The notes under the pieces were generated by a model that was given only the letters and a program-made list of their open reading frames with translations, was not told where the DNA came from and did no database searches. Shown here piece by piece: positions 18,308 to 28,356 of a stretch of DNA of 64,000 nucleotides (position 1 is the first letter of the stretch; each line of letters starts with the position of its first letter). The DNA comes from Candidatus Dojkabacteria bacterium (GTDB taxonomy: Bacteria > Patescibacteriota > Dojkabacteria > J137), in the NCBI GenBank assembly GCA_025999215.1, contig AP024679.1:165645-229644 (forward strand), given 5' to 3'. A program made the position numbers and the translations under genes.

Positions 18308-19507
18308 TTAATTAAGTTCAAGCCTTGGAATTCGATCAAGATTCTCAAAGCTTGTAACATAAACTCCAATTTTTGGATTGTGTTTTAGTTTTGAATTTAA
18401 TCCCATCAATTTCAAATTTGCAGCAACTCCAATCATTGCACCATTATCTGTTGTGAGTTTTTTTGTGTATGGCTGCCTAAATTTTAGGTTATATTTTCGA
18501 GCAATTGACCGTAAACTACTCCTCACTCTAGCGCTTGCAATTACACCCCCACCGACCCAAATTTCATTTGGATTATATTTATCAATCGCTTTGGTAAGTT
18601 TAATTTTCAACTGTTCTATAGTAACAGCTTCAATGGCACTTGCAAGATTTAAAATCTGCGATTTTGATAATCTCTCTCCAAGATTTGTTTTTGGAGTTAA
18701 GTTGCTTATACTTTCATTTGTTAATTCACAGACTAAATTTAAAAAAGCAGTCTTTAAACCCGAAAAACTCATATTTAAATCGTTAGTTGTAGCCATTGGT
18801 ACAGGTAACTCATAAATGTTTTTCGTATTTTTGTTAACAACACGAAGAATCACTGACTGATGCTTTCTATATGTTTCTATGCATACATTTTTACGATTTA
18901 TTTTTGCAAACTCTGATATAACTGGACCCGCCGGATAACCTAAACCCAAGATTCTTCCACATTTATCAAAAGCTTCTCCACATGCATCATCTAACGTTTT
19001 ACCTACCAATTCATACTTACCCCAATTTTTTACTAATACTATTTCAGTATGTCCACCCGATATCAAAAATCCAAGTGCAGGAAATTTAACTTCTGGCACA
19101 TCATTTGTTTGTTTGTTTGTTTCGGTGTTTGGTTGTGCAAAGCAAGAAAGCAAATGACCTTCCATATGATTAATTGCAATCAATGGCTTGTTGTACCCCT
19201 TAGCTATCTCTTTTGCTTTTTTAATTCCAACTTCAAGCGCTATAGCAAGACCTGGACCTACTGTAACAGCAATTGCATCTAAATTCATAAAATCTAACTT
19301 AGCTCTTTTCATAGCTTCAGCTACAACATTGTCTATCCGTTCTTGGTGTGCAAGTTTAGCAATACTAGGAACCACACCTCCATACTTTTTATGAAACTCA
19401 ATTTGTGATGGAAGAATATTAGACAAAACCGTGGTTCCTCTAACTACAGAACATGAAGTTTCGTCGCATGATGTGTCTATTGCAAGAGTAGTGATCTGAT
19501 TTAACAT
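18308..19507 (-). CDS. tsaD: tRNA N6-adenosine threonylcarbamoyltransferase TsaD (Kae1/Gcp family), with an insertion
   Basis: N-terminal LAIDTSCDETSCSVV, metal-binding HMEGHL and GGGVIASARVRSSL motifs. At 399 aa it is longer than typical. Confidence 0.8.
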   Translation of the reverse strand: MLNQITTLAIDTSCDETSCSVVRGTTVLSNILPSQIEFHKKYGGVVPSIAKLAHQERIDNVVAEAMKRAKLDFMNLDAIAVTVGPGLAIALEVGIKKAKEIAKGYNKPLIAINHMEGHLLSCFAQPNTETNKQTNDVPEVKFPALGFLISGGHTEIVLVKNWGKYELVGKTLDDACGEAFDKCGRILGLGYPAGPVISEFAKINRKNVCIETYRKHQSVILRVVNKNTKNIYELPVPMATTNDLNMSFSGLKTAFLNLVCELTNESISNLTPKTNLGERLSKSQILNLASAIEAVTIEQLKIKLTKAIDKYNPNEIWVGGGVIASARVRSSLRSIARKYNLKFRQPYTKKLTTDNGAMIGVAANLKLMGLNSKLKHNPKIGVYVTSFENLDRIPRLELN

Positions 19508-19510
19508 TGA

Positions 19511-20041
19511 TTAATCATTTTCTTTATTTAAAACGTCACTCACAATATTAAAAACTAATTCAGGATAATTATATCTATGAGTAGAGTTTTCAACTACAAA
19601 CTCTGTATAGTCTATGCCTTGTAAAAAATTTTGAACATCTTGGATGCTTCCTAGGGGATCTTTTTCATTTTGAACTACAAAAATTTTTCCTGAATAATTT
19701 TTAAGTCTTGGTAAGTATAGGTTTCGAGTTTTCTCGGTAGCTCTTTTAATTGGCAAGCCCATTAAAAGTAGATATACAGGTTCAAACTGCATCACATCAA
19801 GCAAATTAACAGCAACTCTTGTTCCAATGGATTTAGCAATGATCCCCACTTTATCCCTACCTTTAATTTCAGAAAGCACCAATTCTATTTCTGAATCCAT
19901 ATCAAATTTTAGAGTCTCATCCTGCCAATGCAACCACTCGTGCGCAGTTACCTCTAAATCTTTTTCGCTTAAGAAACTACTAATAGATTTTAATTCTTCA
20001 CGATTTCTGGTTGAATGACCAGGTAAAATTAAATTTAACAT
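19511..20041 (-). CDS. small alpha/beta-hydrolase-fold protein (YdeN/RBBP9-like serine hydrolase)
   Basis: Nucleophile-elbow-like IAKSIGT, and a Rossmann-like beta-alpha pattern in 176 aa. Confidence 0.35.
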   Translation of the reverse strand: MLNLILPGHSTRNREELKSISSFLSEKDLEVTAHEWLHWQDETLKFDMDSEIELVLSEIKGRDKVGIIAKSIGTRVAVNLLDVMQFEPVYLLLMGLPIKRATEKTRNLYLPRLKNYSGKIFVVQNEKDPLGSIQDVQNFLQGIDYTEFVVENSTHRYNYPELVFNIVSDVLNKEND

Positions 20042-20058
20042 ATACCTTTATTAAAATT

Positions 20059-20670
20059 TTAACTTAAAGCTCTATCATAAAGCTCTGATACAACATCCCA
20101 GTTAACTACATTCCACCATGCATCGATATATTCAGCTCGTCTATTTTGATATTTGAGATAGTAAGCATGCTCCCAGACATCCAAACCTAAAATAGGAACA
20201 TCACCCTTTATCAGTGGAGAGTCTTGGTTTGGAGTTGAGTATAAATCTAGACTAAAATTTTTGTTTACTACAAGCCATGCCCAGCCACTACCAAAATGAG
20301 ATAAAGCTATCCTAGAAAATTCTTCTTTAAAATTGGTAAAACTAGACCATGTTTCATGAATTTTTTCTCTCAAAACACCACTTGGTTCCTTAGCTCCACC
20401 TGGTGTCATAATTTTCCAAAATAAACTATGATTTGCAAAACCTCCACCGTTATTGATAACCGCTTGTCTAATATCTTCAGGTATACTCTCAATATTTCTT
20501 AATATTTCATCAATTGAAAAATTTTCCCATTGAGTGCCTTCTATTGCTGCGTTTAATTTGTCTGTATACCCTTGATGATGTTTATCGTGATGAATTTCCA
20601 TGGTCTGGGCATCAATAAATGGTTCTAGCGCATCAAAATTGTATTGTAATTTTGGAAGTGTAAAACTCAT
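20059..20670 (-). CDS. sodA: Fe/Mn superoxide dismutase
   Basis: [17 protein letters not shown] and [19 protein letters not shown] motifs. Confidence 0.9.
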   Translation of the reverse strand: MSFTLPKLQYNFDALEPFIDAQTMEIHHDKHHQGYTDKLNAAIEGTQWENFSIDEILRNIESIPEDIRQAVINNGGGFANHSLFWKIMTPGGAKEPSGVLREKIHETWSSFTNFKEEFSRIALSHFGSGWAWLVVNKNFSLDLYSTPNQDSPLIKGDVPILGLDVWEHAYYLKYQNRRAEYIDAWWNVVNWDVVSELYDRALS

Positions 20671-20774
20671 AAAAAATTATTTAAAAAGTAAGATTACATG
20701 AAACAAAGAAGCGCTTTTTATGTTTTGGGTTTTAAAAATTTTTAGCATTTACTAAATTTAGTATATCATAAATT

Positions 20775-21635
20775 ATGAGAAATTTAATTGAACAGCAAAA
20801 AAACTTTATGAATACCATAATTACCATTAAAGTTGTTCAAATTGATCAACATACTGTTCAAATTTTAGATACAATTGAAGAGGCTTTTTATGAATTTGAT
20901 AGAGTGGTTAAAAAATTTACTAGATTCAACGAAGATAGTGAGCTTACAAACTTAAATAGGCAGGCAGGAGATTGGGTAAAGGTAAGTCGTGAATTTTTTG
21001 ACTTGATAAAATTCATGCTTGAAATGTTTAAGCAAACAAGTGGTTTTTTTGACCCGACAATTATAGATTTTTTAGAAACTTATGGATACGATCCGAATTA
21101 TAACTTTTCTAAACTAGAAAACCCTAATTTACCAAAAGAAATTTTAAACATTGCCAAGAAAAGACCTAGTTTTAACGAAATATCTCTTGATGAAAAAAAT
21201 TTAAAAGTTAAACTAAAACCAAAGCAAAGAATCGATCTTGGCGCAATAGGAAAAGGCTGGGCAATGGATTTAGCTTCTCAAAAAATTAAAAAAGTCAGTG
21301 GCGATTTTTTGATTGATGCAGGAGGCGATGTTATCGCTTACGGCAAAAACGCTTTGTCAAAACCTTGGAATGTAACATTAAAATCAAAAAATCGCGAAAT
21401 AGGTACTATTAATCTTCAAAATCAAGCTATAGCGAGTAGTGGCAATTGGGCAAGAAAAGTAAAGTTTTTTCATCATTTAATTAATCCTTTTACCGGGCAA
21501 CCTGTTGAAACCAACTATGACACGGTTTTCGTAGTTGCGCAAACATCTCTAGTTGCTGATGCTTGGGCTACTGCGCTTTTTGTAGGAGGGCCAAAAACAA
21601 AATGTCCTGATGATATATTTGTAAAATTTACTTAG
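20775..21635 (+). CDS. apbE: FAD:protein FMN transferase (ApbE family)
   Basis: IDLGAIGKGWAMD, LIDAGGDV and AIASSGNWAR...HHLINPFTGQP motifs. Confidence 0.75.
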   Translation: MRNLIEQQKNFMNTIITIKVVQIDQHTVQILDTIEEAFYEFDRVVKKFTRFNEDSELTNLNRQAGDWVKVSREFFDLIKFMLEMFKQTSGFFDPTIIDFLETYGYDPNYNFSKLENPNLPKEILNIAKKRPSFNEISLDEKNLKVKLKPKQRIDLGAIGKGWAMDLASQKIKKVSGDFLIDAGGDVIAYGKNALSKPWNVTLKSKNREIGTINLQNQAIASSGNWARKVKFFHHLINPFTGQPVETNYDTVFVVAQTSLVADAWATALFVGGPKTKCPDDIFVKFT

Positions 21636-22122
21636 GCTCCAATTTGGATTTGCGTCCCAAATAACTCTCAAAAAGATATTCTAGAATTATTGCTATCACG
21701 AAGGTAAGAAGTAGAGCCGGAAATTCTACAGCTTGTAATTTAAAATAAAAAAACAAAACCAAAGCTACCAAAAACACAATGCTTCTTCTGAACGCTAAGG
21801 AGTAGTTTGGAGGATCAATCAAAGTCTTAAAAAAAAGTTTATCAATAATGAGATGTAAAGATAAAAACACAGAAACGATACTTAAATTTAAACACGCTAA
21901 AGCAAGATAGGCGTTAGTAGAAAGATATTCAAAAACTAAACCTTTTTCTATTATGAAACTGATTTCTGCTTGCAATAAGTTTTTTTCATTAGGTTCAATT
22001 TCTCGAAATTCTATAATTTCCTGTAACTTTTCTTGTTTAAAAGGTGATTCGTACGAATAAAAATAGTAAGTTAACCCTGCAAAAAAAATTCCTAAAATAA
22101 AACTTATTAAAGATAATTTCAT
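21628..22122 (-). CDS. hypothetical integral membrane protein
   Basis: About 4 predicted TM helices and no recognised domain. Confidence 0.35.
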   Translation of the reverse strand: MKLSLISFILGIFFAGLTYYFYSYESPFKQEKLQEIIEFREIEPNEKNLLQAEISFIIEKGLVFEYLSTNAYLALACLNLSIVSVFLSLHLIIDKLFFKTLIDPPNYSLAFRRSIVFLVALVLFFYFKLQAVEFPALLLTFVIAIILEYLFESYLGRKSKLEPK

Positions 22123-22173
22123 CTATCGTAGTTTAAAATCATTACCAAGTTTGGAAGTTTTAAAAAATTATTT

Positions 22174-23127
22174 CTATTTCTTTCTTTTTATTAAATTGGT
22201 CCAAACTTCATTTACTATGGTTCTTTGTTTCGACTGCATAACAGTAAGTTCTAACTGTTTTTTTATTTCTTCAATATCACCATTTTTAAAATTTTCTGCG
22301 AGTTTTTTTATAATCTCTTCAATTCTTTCATCATAAGTTTTTACATTTTTTACCAGGCTTTTAAGCTTTGATACATCCAAAATCGTATCTACCCTTCTAT
22401 TTGGAGTAATTTTATCTAATTCTTCTTTTGATATTTTTTCAATAGGTAACTCTGGTAAAACATATTTTTTCAAGAGCTTTGCAATTTTGTAAGGAGTAGT
22501 GTAACCCTCATTTGCAATATTCAAAATTCCTACCGGCTTTTTCTCAATAAGTTGTAGTGTCCAATCCATTAAATCCTCAATCACTGTACCAGTATTTGGT
22601 GTATCTACAAATTTAGTAAAAGTTAAAAACTTAATTAACATGTTTTTGTAATTAATTTGTGCAGAAACTGGCTGACGAGGTCTCAAAATTAAATACTTGA
22701 AATTAGGAGATTTTTTCAATTGAATAAGCTGCTCTGCCCAAACTTTTGTCAATGAGTAATAAGCAGCAGGCTTAGGTTCAGAATCTTCTTTTTTCCAATC
22801 ATTCTCATCTTTACTTTCAAAGATACACCCACTTGACAAATGAATGAAGTAAATACCTTTTTTGTCACAAACTTGAGCGATATTATCAGCGCCTAAAACA
22901 TTTACATTAAAAGCTTCAAGCCGATTTTTATCGCACCATTCAAGATTTGTTTTAGCTGCAGTATTTATTACTACAGTGGGATCAAATTCCTCAATAGATT
23001 TAGTTACTTCTTCAATGTTTGTTATGTCAGCTTTTGAAATTTTTGATGTTATATTTTTACTTTTAAAGTAATCGTTATAAAAATTACCTATCTGTCCGTT
23101 TCCGAATATCAAAATTTTTTCTTTCAT
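22174..23127 (-). CDS. RmlD-like NAD(P)-dependent sugar reductase/epimerase (dTDP-4-dehydrorhamnose reductase family) with a C-terminal extension
   Basis: A GNGQIG Rossmann motif at the N-terminus, and a YxxxK-like region following (YSLTKVWAE). Confidence 0.55.
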   Translation of the reverse strand: MKEKILIFGNGQIGNFYNDYFKSKNITSKISKADITNIEEVTKSIEEFDPTVVINTAAKTNLEWCDKNRLEAFNVNVLGADNIAQVCDKKGIYFIHLSSGCIFESKDENDWKKEDSEPKPAAYYSLTKVWAEQLIQLKKSPNFKYLILRPRQPVSAQINYKNMLIKFLTFTKFVDTPNTGTVIEDLMDWTLQLIEKKPVGILNIANEGYTTPYKIAKLLKKYVLPELPIEKISKEELDKITPNRRVDTILDVSKLKSLVKNVKTYDERIEEIIKKLAENFKNGDIEEIKKQLELTVMQSKQRTIVNEVWTNLIKRKK

Positions 23128-23248
23128 TGAAATTATCTAAAAATTACAATCAACTCAGTATAGCAAAATTTATTTTCTATTAGAATTTTAGAATTAAAGT
23201 TTTATTTAAATTCCCTTTTTAAAAACTTTGTAAAATTGTATAATTGAA

Positions 23249-24019
23249 TTGATGTCAGATATTATCGAAAAACAACAAGATGGTGTGAGAGAAATCTCAA
23301 GACCTTTTGAAGAGACAGAAAAAGCACAGGAGCCCCAGAAAGTTGTTGAAAAAATTGTTTATGTGGAGAAGAAAGGTGGTTTTTTTACAAACCTTAGAAA
23401 AAAAATAACATATTTTGTAATTATTCCTTTGATATTTTTTTGTTTTCTTTTATTTTATATATCTCTTACACAAACAGATCCTTTTTGGGGAGTAATAGTC
23501 AAGTTTTTAAATCAAGGTCCTACATACGAAAAAGTGGAGACTAATTTAAATTTTGAAGATGTGAAGAATAATGTTGAAACTCAAATTGGCGGTTTTGGTG
23601 AAAATGTTATCACACTAAACAATACCGAAATGACTGTGTTAGCAAGAAAATTTTTGCAAGATTCTCCCAATCTAACCGTTAGCGCAAACGATGGAGTACT
23701 GAGAATATATAAAGAATTGACTAGTCAACCTAACCGTGAGCAATTACTGGCTAGAGTTGATATAAAAACTGATTCTGAAAATAATCCCTACATTTCCTAC
23801 ATTGGTTTTAACAGAATAGGTTTACCTGAGAATATATCCAAAGAACTTTTTAATTTTTTACTGCCTTTGTTCAAATTTTCACTCAAAACTGAATCTCCAA
23901 AAGAAATGCTAACTTTTATTCTAACAGGAAATCAAAATAATATAATTGATGAAATAACCTTTGAGGAAGGTTATGCTAACATTACTCTAAATGTGACATT
24001 GAATATCTTTGCACAATGA
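23249..24019 (+). CDS. hypothetical single-pass membrane protein
   Basis: A TM helix at about aa 55-75. It forms an ATGA overlap with the downstream gene. Confidence 0.35.
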   Translation: MMSDIIEKQQDGVREISRPFEETEKAQEPQKVVEKIVYVEKKGGFFTNLRKKITYFVIIPLIFFCFLLFYISLTQTDPFWGVIVKFLNQGPTYEKVETNLNFEDVKNNVETQIGGFGENVITLNNTEMTVLARKFLQDSPNLTVSANDGVLRIYKELTSQPNREQLLARVDIKTDSENNPYISYIGFNRIGLPENISKELFNFLLPLFKFSLKTESPKEMLTFILTGNQNNIIDEITFEEGYANITLNVTLNIFAQ

Positions 24020-24906
24020 TACACATTTATCACGGATCTGACACATTTGAATCTTACCACCAAGCTGTTAATAAATTGAAAAAATTAGGCGGCGCTTTAA
24101 CTTCTGATTTTGTAATCAATTGCGATGAGATTGATCTTGAAACTTTTATTCAAAAAATTGAGGGTGTAAGTCTTTTTTCGAGCTTAAGAATTTTTTTCTT
24201 AAAAAGACTTTTTAGCAATTCTATAATTGAAAAATATATAACAGATAACTATGAAACTTTAAAAGCTCTTGATATCGTAATTTGGGAAGATAAAAAAATT
24301 AAGTCTTCCAACAAACTTTTAAAACTTTCATCATTGAGCGCCTCTCTAAACTTTTTTGAAGCACCAAAAAATTACAAGATGGAAAATTGGATCAAATCTC
24401 GCGCTCTAAAATACGAAATAAAGCTAAAAAACAACGAAGCTCAAATTTTACTTACTCAAAGTAATTTTAATAAATGGATTATTGATCAAGAATTACAAAA
24501 AATTGCTTTAGCTCAAGGTTTGGGCTTACAAGTTGATGAAATAATTAGTAACGCAGAAAATTTCGATATATGGGAGTTTTTAGAAAATTTTTCATCACGA
24601 AATGTAAAAAAAATATATTCCTCGTTAAATAAATTAATCAATACTGCAGAAATTCAGTTAATTATAAGCATGATAAGAAGAGAGCTTTTTTTATTAACAA
24701 GCGTTAAACTTGCTCAAAATGAAAATGATCTTAAAACTTTAGGTATTCATCCGTTTGTTCTTAAAAAAATGCGAAACAAGGAAAAAAATTTTACATATCA
24801 AGAATTGTGCGCTTTTACAAAATCACTACTTAATCTTGATTACGCTATTAAAAATGGAGAGATAGACCCAAAACATGGTCTAATACTATTTTTACAACTT
24901 CTATAA
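24016..24906 (+). CDS. holA: DNA polymerase III delta subunit-like (HolA)
   Basis: The N-terminus (IHIYHGSDTF...), its length, and the helical C-terminus (GIHPFVLKK...) match the pattern of pol III delta. Confidence 0.5.
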   Translation: MIHIYHGSDTFESYHQAVNKLKKLGGALTSDFVINCDEIDLETFIQKIEGVSLFSSLRIFFLKRLFSNSIIEKYITDNYETLKALDIVIWEDKKIKSSNKLLKLSSLSASLNFFEAPKNYKMENWIKSRALKYEIKLKNNEAQILLTQSNFNKWIIDQELQKIALAQGLGLQVDEIISNAENFDIWEFLENFSSRNVKKIYSSLNKLINTAEIQLIISMIRRELFLLTSVKLAQNENDLKTLGIHPFVLKKMRNKEKNFTYQELCAFTKSLLNLDYAIKNGEIDPKHGLILFLQLL

Positions 24907-24936
24907 TCGTTTGGGTTTTTAAGTTATAATGAATTT

Positions 24937-26133
24937 ATGAGAAAGCTTTTGTTTTTACTATTGGTTTTGTTGTTATTGCCAAAAGAAGTAAACTCTGCAA
25001 CTCTTAAAAAAGTTGAAGATTTATCTTTGGATACATCTATAATCTCTGAACAGCTAACCTACACCACACCCGACTCAATCATCGTGGCACCAATTTTTGC
25101 TCCTAGAGAATTAAATATTAGCCCAATAGAAAGATATAGAGGAATTTTTCACTATCTAATCGATAGATTAGGCTACAATGATCTACCTTTCCACTATGTT
25201 GTTACCCCAGAAGGCGAATTGATAGAAGGAAATACTCATGGAGACGAAGCGAAGGTGGTTATTGATAATTTTGATAAAAACCCTGTTGTAGTTGCATACA
25301 TTGCCAATCAGTATTCTAACCAATTTGATGATAGATCAATGCAAAATCTTAAAGAACTAGTATCATCCATTGCCAACACGAACTCAATAAATGAGAATAA
25401 TATATTTGTTAAAGAAATTGTATTTACAAGAAAAAGAGATACCAGAACAGTTAGTATCAAAATAAAGGATCTTTTTGGTACTTGGAATTCTCAAGCCGAT
25501 GAAATTAAGTTATTTGTAGCTTCAAATTTTTCACCTGAAAGCAAGCCTTACAGTGTAGAGGTAACAAGTGTTCAAGTTCCTCAACAAACTCTCACTCCTG
25601 GCGAGATAGTTAATGTGTCTATTACTGTTAAAAATACAGGTGATTATGGTTTGTACGCTTTTACAAACTCTGAACTATTTTTAACAAAATCTGACGAAAC
25701 ACCAAGCAAATTTTATGTAAATAATGAGTGGGAGAGTAGATCTCAAGTTTCTATTTTTAAAGAAAATGAAAATTTATTACCAGGTGAGGAAAAAACTTTT
25801 GTTGTACCTATTTTTGTGCCGCTAAATTTAGGAGAAGTAAAAGAAACTTTCAAATTCAAAACTGCTATTGGTAGCCTTGTAAATTCAAATGAGTTTGAAA
25901 TAAAAATTAATGTTGGAGAATCTGACAAAAAAATAGTAGAGGTAAGAGATCGAGGTTTTAGCTACTATCCAGTTTATTCAAATCCCAACAACGCCACAAA
26001 CGAAATTTATAGGGCAGTTGCTGGAGAGAGGTTTTTCTTTCTACAAGATTTAGGGAATGGTTGGTATCAAATAGATCTTGGAAATGGTCAAACTGGATGG
26101 ATAGCTTTTTGGAATGTTAGTTTTATTAACTAA
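24937..26133 (+). CDS. secreted protein with an N-terminal amidase_2/PGRP-like region and a C-terminal SH3b-like domain
   Basis: Signal peptide; LPFHYVVTPEGELIEG resembles the amidase_2 HY-I-drdG-I motif; C-terminal GWYQIDLGNGQTGWI is SH3b-like. Confidence 0.35.
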   Translation: MRKLLFLLLVLLLLPKEVNSATLKKVEDLSLDTSIISEQLTYTTPDSIIVAPIFAPRELNISPIERYRGIFHYLIDRLGYNDLPFHYVVTPEGELIEGNTHGDEAKVVIDNFDKNPVVVAYIANQYSNQFDDRSMQNLKELVSSIANTNSINENNIFVKEIVFTRKRDTRTVSIKIKDLFGTWNSQADEIKLFVASNFSPESKPYSVEVTSVQVPQQTLTPGEIVNVSITVKNTGDYGLYAFTNSELFLTKSDETPSKFYVNNEWESRSQVSIFKENENLLPGEEKTFVVPIFVPLNLGEVKETFKFKTAIGSLVNSNEFEIKINVGESDKKIVEVRDRGFSYYPVYSNPNNATNEIYRAVAGERFFFLQDLGNGWYQIDLGNGQTGWIAFWNVSFIN

Positions 26134-27379
26134 CCAATATTTTATGAATTCCTTCTGCAATTCTCTTTGCTATTTTGGGTGAAATGTTTATTGATGTTGG
26201 AAGGTTAAGTACTCTTTGGCACTTTTCTAATGTAGTTGGCACATCTGTTGGATTAAATTTATTTTTTTCAAAAGCTTTTTTAGTCACATTGCTTGCATAC
26301 AAGGGAGTTTTGTACCAATCTCCTATGAAAACATTTTGTGATCTACAAAAAGAAATAATTTGAGCTTTTTTTTGATTATCTTTAATTGAAATTGGGTATC
26401 GAAGCCAAACTCTAGTCAGAGAAAACTCATTATAGTCAGAATAATTTTTGAGGTATTTATCATAAATTAGCGCTATCTTTTGTCTATGTTCATTTAATTT
26501 CTCTAACTTTTGTAATTGATTTATACCTAAAATGCTCAAAGTAGGTGAAATTTTAGAAGGCAAGTTAGAAGGTTTCTCGCCAATTAACTCTTCTTTGGTT
26601 ATTATTCGTCCTAGGATTTTCGTTTTGAAAGCAATAAACCTTATCGCACCACCAAGGCTCAAGTTTCCAAATCTAACTGAATATAGCGGCAAAACTAAAT
26701 TCCAAAATATAGGATTAATTAAATTTATAAAAGCCTGAGAAGTTTTATAATTTGGAAGATTTTTAGTATTTTCCTCCATTAGCTTGTTAATATTCTCATC
26801 ATTCGTAATTATAGCCCCGCCTCTTACACAAGAAATGACTTTTTCTATTCCAAAAGTTAAAACAGCCAAATCTCCAATAAGTTTATTTTGAGAACTAAGA
26901 GTGTGCGCCCAATCCTCAATAATTAAAATATTTTTTGGAATTTGTGATTTTAATAATTTAACATCAACAATCTTACCAAAAGTGTGTTGAACAAAAATTG
27001 CTTTAGTCTTTGGCGTAATTTTATTTTTTAAATCTGTAAAGTCGCTATTAAAATCGCTTTTTGATGTATCAAGAAAAATAGGTGTCGCCCCGGTCCACGA
27101 TACTGCATTTGCAACCACCAAGCAAGTAAAAGAGGGTAGTATTACTTCATCACCTTCTCCTATGCCCAGAGATTTAAGCGTAACATAAATTCCGCTTCGC
27201 CCAGAGTCAAAAGTGTGCACGTACGCTACATTTAATTTTTCTTTTATTTTTTGTTCAAACTTTTCAATCCATAGCTTCCTATTCCAATTCCAAGGCGTTA
27301 AAAATACTTTCACTGCAGTAAAAAAATCATCTTTCTCGGTATTTGGAGAAGCTGAAATAAAAACGGCTTTTTTCATCAT
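26126..27379 (-). CDS. DegT/DnrJ/EryC1/StrS-family PLP-dependent sugar aminotransferase
   Basis: GDEVILPSFTCLVVANAVSWTGATPIFLD motif; 417 aa. Confidence 0.8.
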   Translation of the reverse strand: MMKKAVFISASPNTEKDDFFTAVKVFLTPWNWNRKLWIEKFEQKIKEKLNVAYVHTFDSGRSGIYVTLKSLGIGEGDEVILPSFTCLVVANAVSWTGATPIFLDTSKSDFNSDFTDLKNKITPKTKAIFVQHTFGKIVDVKLLKSQIPKNILIIEDWAHTLSSQNKLIGDLAVLTFGIEKVISCVRGGAIITNDENINKLMEENTKNLPNYKTSQAFINLINPIFWNLVLPLYSVRFGNLSLGGAIRFIAFKTKILGRIITKEELIGEKPSNLPSKISPTLSILGINQLQKLEKLNEHRQKIALIYDKYLKNYSDYNEFSLTRVWLRYPISIKDNQKKAQIISFCRSQNVFIGDWYKTPLYASNVTKKAFEKNKFNPTDVPTTLEKCQRVLNLPTSINISPKIAKRIAEGIHKILVS

Positions 27380-28233
27380 TTAATTTTAAATAAAACAAAT
27401 TTTCTAATATTTTCCATTATTCTCAATAAAGTATAAATTTTTCTATTAAAGACAATATCAAATGTATCTACATATTCTATTATTTGTGAATTATCTTTTT
27501 CTACAAAACCTAATTTAAATCGTGTAAATCCGCTATGTTCATCATTTTTCAAACCATATAAATCAAAGTATTTAAAGCCTTTATTTTTAGCCCACAAAAT
27601 GCACTCCCACAACAATTTATAAGCTGGCATAAGGTTTCTGTGTTCCTCACTACTACCTCCATAAAGATAATTTACATAATCCCCATCTAACAACAAAAAC
27701 CACGATGCAAGAGGCTTTGATTTATAATAAGCTGTAGCTATTTTAACAGAGTTGTTTTTTAAACCTAAAAAATAAAGTTTTGAAATATAATCGCTACTTC
27801 TACCAGTGTATTTTTGTCTTTTTACAGTTTCTTGATAAAGATTCAAAAATTCATTAAAAGCTTTTTCACTCTCCGCTATTTTAACTTGCACACCTTTTTT
27901 CTCTGCTAATTTAATGTTGTACCTATGCTTATGTTTCATTTGCTTTAATAAATCATTTTCGGATTTTTCTAGATTAATAATCACTGTTTTGGGAAGTTGA
28001 ATTGGTTCAGATTTTTTAATATTTAACCCATAGTGTTTGAATTTGTTAGTGATTTCTTTAAAATTTGAATATTTATTTTTTGAATCTATCGGATCTACCC
28101 TCAAGTAAGCAATCTTATTATTTTTACAATATTTTATTAAATCTTCATTTAAAATATTGTCTATCTTAACCCTAGGTAAATATCCTATAGTAACAATACT
28201 TGTTGAGTTTTTTGATATAAATATATAACCCAT
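27376..28233 (-). CDS. FemAB-family / GNAT-like peptidyl- or acyl-transferase
   Basis: The C-terminal YLYGGSSEEHRNLMPAYKLLWECILWAKNKGFKYFDLYG resembles the FemABX acceptor domain. It is operonic with DegT. Confidence 0.5.
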   Translation of the reverse strand: MGYIFISKNSTSIVTIGYLPRVKIDNILNEDLIKYCKNNKIAYLRVDPIDSKNKYSNFKEITNKFKHYGLNIKKSEPIQLPKTVIINLEKSENDLLKQMKHKHRYNIKLAEKKGVQVKIAESEKAFNEFLNLYQETVKRQKYTGRSSDYISKLYFLGLKNNSVKIATAYYKSKPLASWFLLLDGDYVNYLYGGSSEEHRNLMPAYKLLWECILWAKNKGFKYFDLYGLKNDEHSGFTRFKLGFVEKDNSQIIEYVDTFDIVFNRKIYTLLRIMENIRKFVLFKIK

Positions 28234-28356
28234 TTACATTAACAACTTTGTTACCAACCAAAGATTTAAAATCTGCCCAAAGTTTTGATTGAAGAAAGCT
28301 TCTTTCTTGTTCCACAAAATAATATTAAACTTCAAAATTTTATCACAAAATATTAA

